DNA of 64,000 nt from positions 18,751 through 82,750 of the forward strand of contig JAEHCM010000002.1 of assembly GCA_020696365.1 (NCBI GenBank), in the 5' to 3' direction. Shown here piece by piece: positions 58,709-64,000 of the stretch; positions within the stretch are counted from its first letter, which is position 1; each line of letters begins with the position of its first letter. The position numbers and the translations under genes are program-made. The notes beneath the pieces were generated by a model. It made no database searches, was not told where the DNA came from, and was given only the letters and a program-made list of their open reading frames with translations. This DNA is from Thermoplasmata archaeon (GTDB lineage Archaea > Thermoplasmatota > Thermoplasmata > UBA10834).

Positions 58709-59794
58709 ATGAGGGTGGGCGTGGTTGACCTCGGGCACGCATGCATGAACAGGCGTGCACGAAAGGCGATCAGGATGCCCGATTCAGACGAACTTTGGAT
58801 AGACATCGGATTCCGACCAGGGAAGGCGACTGCAGACATTCGATTCAGGAGGTTAAGGGGATGCGAGGACTTCTTGACAATGTCCGATATCTGCATCAAG
58901 AGCTGGAAGGCGGACCAAGTAGACTTTCTGAAGACCAAAGAGGACTTCGAGAACGCATTCAAGCACGACCCCAAAGGAGACCCGGCCAAAGACCTGCTTT
59001 TCGCACACACAAATGGCAGGGAAGTAGGCTTCGCCGTGATGAGCGTGATTAAGAAGTCCCGCGAAGAGATCAAGTGCTTCCAGTATGTGCATCTACTCCC
59101 TGAGCACCGGGGAGAGGGAATCAGAGAGGCGCTGCTCAGATACAACGAGAAGATGTTGAGGCTGGCAGTCAGAGACCGACCCGAGACCGAGAGGGTCTTT
59201 GAGTCCTGGTCGTCCAGCGACCAGAACGATTGGCGCGATATCCTCATCCAAGAAGGGTATAAGCCAACATGGCATCTGTTCGAAATGGTCAGACCCAATC
59301 TCGACGACGTGCCAGACATACCACTCCCCGAGGGCGCGACTGTCCGGCCCATAAAAGAGGAGGACTATCGCAAGGTATGGGATGCTTCGAAGAAGGTCTT
59401 CAGAGGCCAGCCCTGGTCCAACGATGAGATCTGGGATGAGGCGCATTATGAGCAATGGCTGTCATCGCCAACCTTCAAGCCTGACCTGTGGCAGATCGCA
59501 TGGGATGGGGACGAGATCGTCGGAAGCGTTCAGAGCTTCATAGATGAAGATGAGAACAGGGAATTTGGCAGGAGTAGGGGGCACACAGAGCAGATCTTCG
59601 TCGCACCCTCCTGGAGGGGGAAGGGACTAGCCAAGGCGCTGATAGCCAGAAGCCTGCGCCTGCTGAAAGACCGGGGAATGACAGATGCCACCCTTGATAC
59701 CGAAGAGGCAAACGTGCACCAGGCGTACAAGGTCTACGAGAGGATGGGCTATCAGGTGGTGAAGCAGTTCACATTCTACCAGAAGCCTCTGTGA
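58709..59794 (+). CDS. GNAT-family N-acetyltransferase, two GNAT domains (MshD-like architecture)
   Basis: The HLLPEHRGEGIREALL and FVAPSWRGKGLAKALI acetyl-CoA motifs lie in two halves. Start uncertain: 58709, 58745 or 58775. Confidence 0.75.
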   Translation: MRVGVVDLGHACMNRRARKAIRMPDSDELWIDIGFRPGKATADIRFRRLRGCEDFLTMSDICIKSWKADQVDFLKTKEDFENAFKHDPKGDPAKDLLFAHTNGREVGFAVMSVIKKSREEIKCFQYVHLLPEHRGEGIREALLRYNEKMLRLAVRDRPETERVFESWSSSDQNDWRDILIQEGYKPTWHLFEMVRPNLDDVPDIPLPEGATVRPIKEEDYRKVWDASKKVFRGQPWSNDEIWDEAHYEQWLSSPTFKPDLWQIAWDGDEIVGSVQSFIDEDENREFGRSRGHTEQIFVAPSWRGKGLAKALIARSLRLLKDRGMTDATLDTEEANVHQAYKVYERMGYQVVKQFTFYQKPL

Positions 59795-59832
59795 ACGGCT
59801 TCGAGCTCATGGCCAATCCTCGTCCAGACAGC

Positions 59833-60915
59833 TCAGTCGCAGGTGACCGTGCCCTCGTCCAGGATATCTCCGTTCACCGTGACGAAAGCGAAATCGTAGC
59901 CGTCATCGCTCAGCGTTAGCTCGAGTGCTCCGAAGTTGTCGCCTTCCGTGTGCTCGAGGTTGTTCAGGGTCTCAACAGATATCCCGTGCGGGTAGTCTCC
60001 GACGCAATCCAACGGGGTCTCCTGTGGGAAATGCCAGAGGTACGCGCCACCTGTTCCAGTGACGAACTGACGGACGCCATCTGGGTCGTAGTTCCCGTAT
60101 GGATCCTGCGGCGCCCATCGCTGATAGTTGTGATTGTGCCCGGAGAGGACCATCTCGACCCCGTACTCGTAGAAGAGCTCCCACATATGCACCTGGGTAC
60201 TCAGGTCGAACCAGCTGATCCACTCGCACCTGTAATAGAGTTCCCAGTCGTACAGCGGATGATGCATGATCGCTATGGTTCCGGTATACTCGTCACCTGA
60301 GTGTGTCGCGAGGTCCTCCTTGAGCCAATCGTACTGGACCCGCGCCGCAGAGCCGTCCTCTGGCATCAGGTCATCGGTCAGGTTGCACTGATGGGGAAGA
60401 TACGAGTTCAGTGCGATTATGTGCCACGAACCGATGTCGAACGAGTAATATCCAAGATTGACGTCCTCGTACGTTTCATTGAGTACCAAGTCTGGAACGG
60501 CACAGTTCTCGAGTGCTCCGAAGTATTCGAAGTATCCATCAGCAGTATCAGAGACATAGTAGTCATGGTTGCCCGTGACCGGATAGGTGACGTCCTTGAG
60601 AGGGTTGAAGAAGGTGTCATAGTAGGCCAGGTAATCCTCAATCTCCCCATCGTTGTGCTGACCATCTCCGAGCATCAGGAACGCGTCAGGATCGTTGTCC
60701 AATATCAGCTCGGCAACCTTGTCATACTGGTAGCGGTTCGTGTTCTCACGAGGCAGCTGGTCCAGCCCGATATCACCGACTGCGAATACAGTGTACGACT
60801 TCGGCTTCTCTGTTGGCTTGGCCATCGACAGGCTCGATGCAGTCATAGAAACCACCAGCAGTGCGGTCACCACGCAAATGGCGACCTTGGTGTGCCCGTT
60901 CCGTATCATGATCAT
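59833..60915 (-). CDS. Secreted calcineurin-like metallophosphoesterase
   Basis: Signal/TM segment VAICVVTALLVVSMTASSLSMA; GDIG, GDGQHNDG, GNHDYY, GHNHNYQR motifs. ATG at 60915 chosen. Confidence 0.8.
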   Translation of the reverse strand: MIMIRNGHTKVAICVVTALLVVSMTASSLSMAKPTEKPKSYTVFAVGDIGLDQLPRENTNRYQYDKVAELILDNDPDAFLMLGDGQHNDGEIEDYLAYYDTFFNPLKDVTYPVTGNHDYYVSDTADGYFEYFGALENCAVPDLVLNETYEDVNLGYYSFDIGSWHIIALNSYLPHQCNLTDDLMPEDGSAARVQYDWLKEDLATHSGDEYTGTIAIMHHPLYDWELYYRCEWISWFDLSTQVHMWELFYEYGVEMVLSGHNHNYQRWAPQDPYGNYDPDGVRQFVTGTGGAYLWHFPQETPLDCVGDYPHGISVETLNNLEHTEGDNFGALELTLSDDGYDFAFVTVNGDILDEGTVTCD

Positions 60916-61140
60916 TCTATCTTGTCCCCCCCGTCCGAGACAGCTCCGTCCCCTTGACCGAGACGCACTGACCTCGGGCTTGAATGTCCGAAATCCCATA
61001 TATAACGTGCGTGAGATCATCGTCGCTGACCCGACTATCTTCCGATAAGCTACGCTCTGCCGAGTGACCCCAACGATGACCGAACCGCGGGTCATCCGCC
61101 GCATGACGAGCTGAGACAGTCCGGCTCGGCCGATGATGAC

Positions 61141-62148
61141 CTAGCCTTCCCCGACGCTCCCCACGAGATGCATGTGAGGGTACGCGATTCCGACACTCGG
61201 GTCCGACATGAACTTCGTCCATATCTTCTCCGTTATGTCCGCCTTGATCTTTCGCCGCAACTCGACCGGACAGAAATAGAGGACATACACGTTCACGCCG
61301 GAATCGGCGAGCTCCATGCGGAGCTCGGGCGATTTCAGTAGCAGTTGGTCGAGGTCACGTATGCCGAGGCGTTTGCGATACCTCTCGTAGTTCTGCTCCA
61401 TGAGCTCGCCGACCACCTCCTTGGCGGACTCCAACAGGTACTTCTTGGCGATCTCGATGTCGCTCTCGTACGTCACGAGGTTGACTACCTCGTCCCAGAC
61501 GAATGGGAAGTCCCTCGTGTAGTTGCAGACCGGCTGGTCGAAGATGAGGCTGTTGGGCACCGTTACGATCCTGCCAGTGAACGTGTCTCCATGCATCCAC
61601 TCCCCGAACTCCCGAAGCTCTGTGTACATGGTGGTGATATCCAGGACGTAGCCCTTGACCGTGCCGAACGCAACCCTGTCGCCTATCCTATAGATGCGAC
61701 GGTAGGATATCAGGGCCCAGGCACCCACGTTCAGGAGCGGCTTCTGGAGAACGAACGTGAGGGCTGCCCCAAGCAACCCGATGGACAAGACCAACGAACC
61801 CGTCTCGCCGATCATGCTGATGAATATGATGCTCAGGACCAGTATCCACACGGCATATGCTATGAGCTTCCACATGGACCGCGCCTGAGCATGGCTGCCG
61901 ACCTTCGCTGTAGTCAGCCTCTCGAAGAGGCCTCCAAGGAAATACAGAACGAGCCACGTGGTTAGAATCGTTACGAATGCCAACAGCAGTGTCGTCAGAT
62001 CTCCTGTGGGGTCCGCTATGGACATCAGAGGGAGGAAATCGTACTTGATCTCCAGCACCAGTGTTGCCAGGACAAGTGCGAGCACGCACACGAATACCGC
62101 CCGCGGAACGTGTCGGTCGTCCCGTTCGTATCGCTTCGTCAAGTCCAT
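61141..62148 (-). CDS. MscS-family mechanosensitive channel
   Basis: Three to four N-terminal TM segments, then an IGDRVAFGTVKGYVLDIT beta-domain. Confidence 0.8.
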   Translation of the reverse strand: MDLTKRYERDDRHVPRAVFVCVLALVLATLVLEIKYDFLPLMSIADPTGDLTTLLLAFVTILTTWLVLYFLGGLFERLTTAKVGSHAQARSMWKLIAYAVWILVLSIIFISMIGETGSLVLSIGLLGAALTFVLQKPLLNVGAWALISYRRIYRIGDRVAFGTVKGYVLDITTMYTELREFGEWMHGDTFTGRIVTVPNSLIFDQPVCNYTRDFPFVWDEVVNLVTYESDIEIAKKYLLESAKEVVGELMEQNYERYRKRLGIRDLDQLLLKSPELRMELADSGVNVYVLYFCPVELRRKIKADITEKIWTKFMSDPSVGIAYPHMHLVGSVGEG

Positions 62149-62238
62149 CTCACATCAACCTCAGTCCGTTCGATCCGTCCCTTCCAAGCACACCTGTACG
62201 CACGCAATGGATCGAGTACTAACGCCATCATCCGCTGT

Positions 62239-62703
62239 CTACGCGTCAACCCTCTGCTCAGCCACCAGCTTTGCGAAGGCTACTCCTTTGGCTAGCTCCC
62301 CCTCCGCCACAGGTCCCTTCATACCATCTACGCGGAGCGATAGGCCAGGCGTGACGACGAGCGTATCCTTGTTCCTCGCTTTGAACTCGTTCTCCATCTT
62401 GGCGACCGCCTTGCCGAAGTCGCCTCCAATGTAAGTGTCGAAGAACGCCAATCGCTTCCCTGAGAGGTCGAAGGCTGCAAGACTTCGGATGAACTTCTTC
62501 ACGCGCCTTGTCGGCCCTCCGATATGGTTGGGGGACCCTACAAGAATGGCATCAAAGGTGGCCACTTTGTTGACATCCGCTGAATCGACCTTCATGGAGA
62601 CGACCTCGGGCACCCCCGCACCTCTCAGCGCTTCCCTTATCGCTTCGGCTACCTGGGCGGTGTTGCCGTACTTCGATTCATAGACAATCGCAACCCTCTG
62701 CAA
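62239..62703 (-). CDS. Flavodoxin-fold protein
   Basis: VAIVYESKYGNTAQVAEAI..., ILVGSPNHIGG. TTG at 62703 is preceded by GGAGGCG. The upstream part of the ORF is unsupported. Confidence 0.7.
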   Translation of the reverse strand: MQRVAIVYESKYGNTAQVAEAIREALRGAGVPEVVSMKVDSADVNKVATFDAILVGSPNHIGGPTRRVKKFIRSLAAFDLSGKRLAFFDTYIGGDFGKAVAKMENEFKARNKDTLVVTPGLSLRVDGMKGPVAEGELAKGVAFAKLVAEQRVDA

Positions 62704-62826
62704 TCCACGCCTCCATCCGCGGGAAGGGCCTGACAAGGGAAAACACTTTCGACTTCGGGGACGAGGCAGTGGATGCGACGCATGGACGCGCAAAGCTTAT
62801 CGACCCGGTTCGGCAATGCCATCAGC

Positions 62827-63168
62827 ATGAAGAAAGTCGGACTCAAAGATGTCGAAGGCACCTCGCCTGAAGGCACGAAGGGGGTCGTTTTCAGGCAGTT
62901 GCTCGCCAAGAACGTGGATGCCCCGAACTTCTATCTCAGGCTGTTCGACGTTGAACCAGGAGGGAACACTCCGCTGCATGCTCACGACTGGGAGCATGAG
63001 GTCTTCGTCGTCAGCGGACGGGGGAAGATAGTCCTTGCGGACTCCGAGCACACGTTGGAAGAAGGGGACGCGGTCCTCGTGCAGCCGAACGAGACTCATC
63101 AGTTCGTCAACGACTCGGAGTCTCTGATGCGCATGATCTGTGTGATACCTAGGCCCTCGGGGGGATGA
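62827..63168 (+). CDS. Cupin-domain protein
   Basis: GGNTPLHAHDWEHEVFVVSGRG and PNETHQF cupin motifs. Confidence 0.75.
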   Translation: MKKVGLKDVEGTSPEGTKGVVFRQLLAKNVDAPNFYLRLFDVEPGGNTPLHAHDWEHEVFVVSGRGKIVLADSEHTLEEGDAVLVQPNETHQFVNDSESLMRMICVIPRPSGG

Positions 63169-63182
63169 CTCCATCGGCCGCA

Positions 63183-64000
63183 TCAAGGAGTGAAAGTACG
63201 ATAACAGCTCCCGCCAGACAGGCTAGCTCTGTGTGCCTTCCCAATGATAACCATATCGAAGCTGAGCGTCTCAGGGGAGCGCGGTTCCTCACCCACTCGG
63301 AATGTGCCCTCTCGGGTCGGGACGAGTACTTGCTCGATTCCGGAAGGCTCTATGAACAGAAGGTCCTGACCCCGACAGACGACCCTGAAGTTCGTCAGCC
63401 ACGGATTGTAGGAACGATAGTGCCCGACATAGGAGCTCCACGCTGCTGGAGGGGGGGCCTGGCTTTCGGAGTCAGCGGGCTCCAGCAGGTAGAGGGCGCT
63501 CCCATGGCCGATCCCGACCAGTCTTTCACCGGACCGAAGGAACCTGACCAGGAATAGCCTGAAATCAGGATGGTCCAACCGGAAGTAATCGTCCTTGACG
63601 CATTCCATGGAGACATCAACCCCATCGACGGCAGAGTGAAGAGAGCCGTCCTTCTCACTCACTCTTAGGACTCCAGCCTTCCCGTGGTAGTCGCCGACGT
63701 ACTCGGACAGAGTGCCCGGGTCGCATCTGTGCCTTGACACCACAGCCTCGGGAAGATCATCTCCTCTGCCTGATGCCCCGAGCAGGCGCAGGAAGTACCT
63801 CGAGATCTTCTCTGGCTCGTCCAGGGAATTGGTCAACACAATGATTCCCATTCCGAAGTCCATGTCCATTAGCATCGATGAGGTGTAGCCGACCATTCCG
63901 CCCGTGTGGCTAAGAACCGAGCGGCCGTCGTCCTCCCTGACAGACAGACCGTAGCCATAGTGCTCCTTCTCTCCGCCCTCTCCGCAGAACACGTGGGGGG
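63183..64000 (-). CDS. Partial CDS: serine hydrolase (beta-lactamase/PBP family) C-terminal part plus an extra C-terminal domain; the N-terminus lies beyond the window
   Basis: SHTGGMVGYTSSMLMDMDFGMGIIVLTNS (HTG box region). The frame is open toward the window edge. Confidence 0.6.
   Translation of the reverse strand, partial: PHVFCGEGGEKEHYGYGLSVREDDGRSVLSHTGGMVGYTSSMLMDMDFGMGIIVLTNSLDEPEKISRYFLRLLGASGRGDDLPEAVVSRHRCDPGTLSEYVGDYHGKAGVLRVSEKDGSLHSAVDGVDVSMECVKDDYFRLDHPDFRLFLVRFLRSGERLVGIGHGSALYLLEPADSESQAPPPAAWSSYVGHYRSYNPWLTNFRVVCRGQDLLFIEPSGIEQVLVPTREGTFRVGEEPRSPETLSFDMVIIGKAHRASLSGGSCYRTFTP

Overview
Archaeal chromosomal segment. Euryarchaeal-type markers are present: PolD large subunit, aEF-1alpha/aEF-2, Pth2, archaeosine TGT, Pcc1 and RpoD. 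The backbone is GC-rich. It carries an unlinked 23S rRNA gene, alaS, the S13-S4-S11-rpoD cluster, PolD DP2, a NOG1 GTPase and hutU. It also carries the S12-S7-EF2-EF1alpha-S10-tRNA(Ala) str operon, tgtA, tRNA(Gln) and a MiaB-like methylthiotransferase, plus assorted housekeeping and transport genes.

Five things stand out.
1. A conserved ~23-nt direct repeat (consensus CTGAGAAAAGGCCATAGGGGCGG) recurs at least 7-8 times between 48.2 and 56.2 kb. It sits at the 3' end of successive unrelated ORFs, giving a cassette-array look. A related 30-nt variant (28/30 identical) also bounds a second AT-richer island at 28.1-32.6 kb. No recombinase is seen in the window.
2. A 283-nt ORF-less group I intron interrupts the 23S gene.
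3. A five-gene operon encodes a coiled-coil protein, a YdjI-like SPFH protein with three zinc ribbons, and three paralogous zinc-ribbon proteins.
4. A radical SAM/SPASM gene follows two tandem paralogous small membrane proteins and a methyltransferase.
5. Ribosomal proteins S13, S4 and S7 carry Lys/Pro/Ala-rich tails, and S7 contains a 2 x 120-bp tandem duplication.

A TnpB-only IS200/IS605-type element sits just upstream of the str-operon promoter. Most long ORFs antisense to the named genes are GC-driven artefacts. Gene starts were re-evaluated by eye (Shine-Dalgarno and TATA context) and remain provisional.
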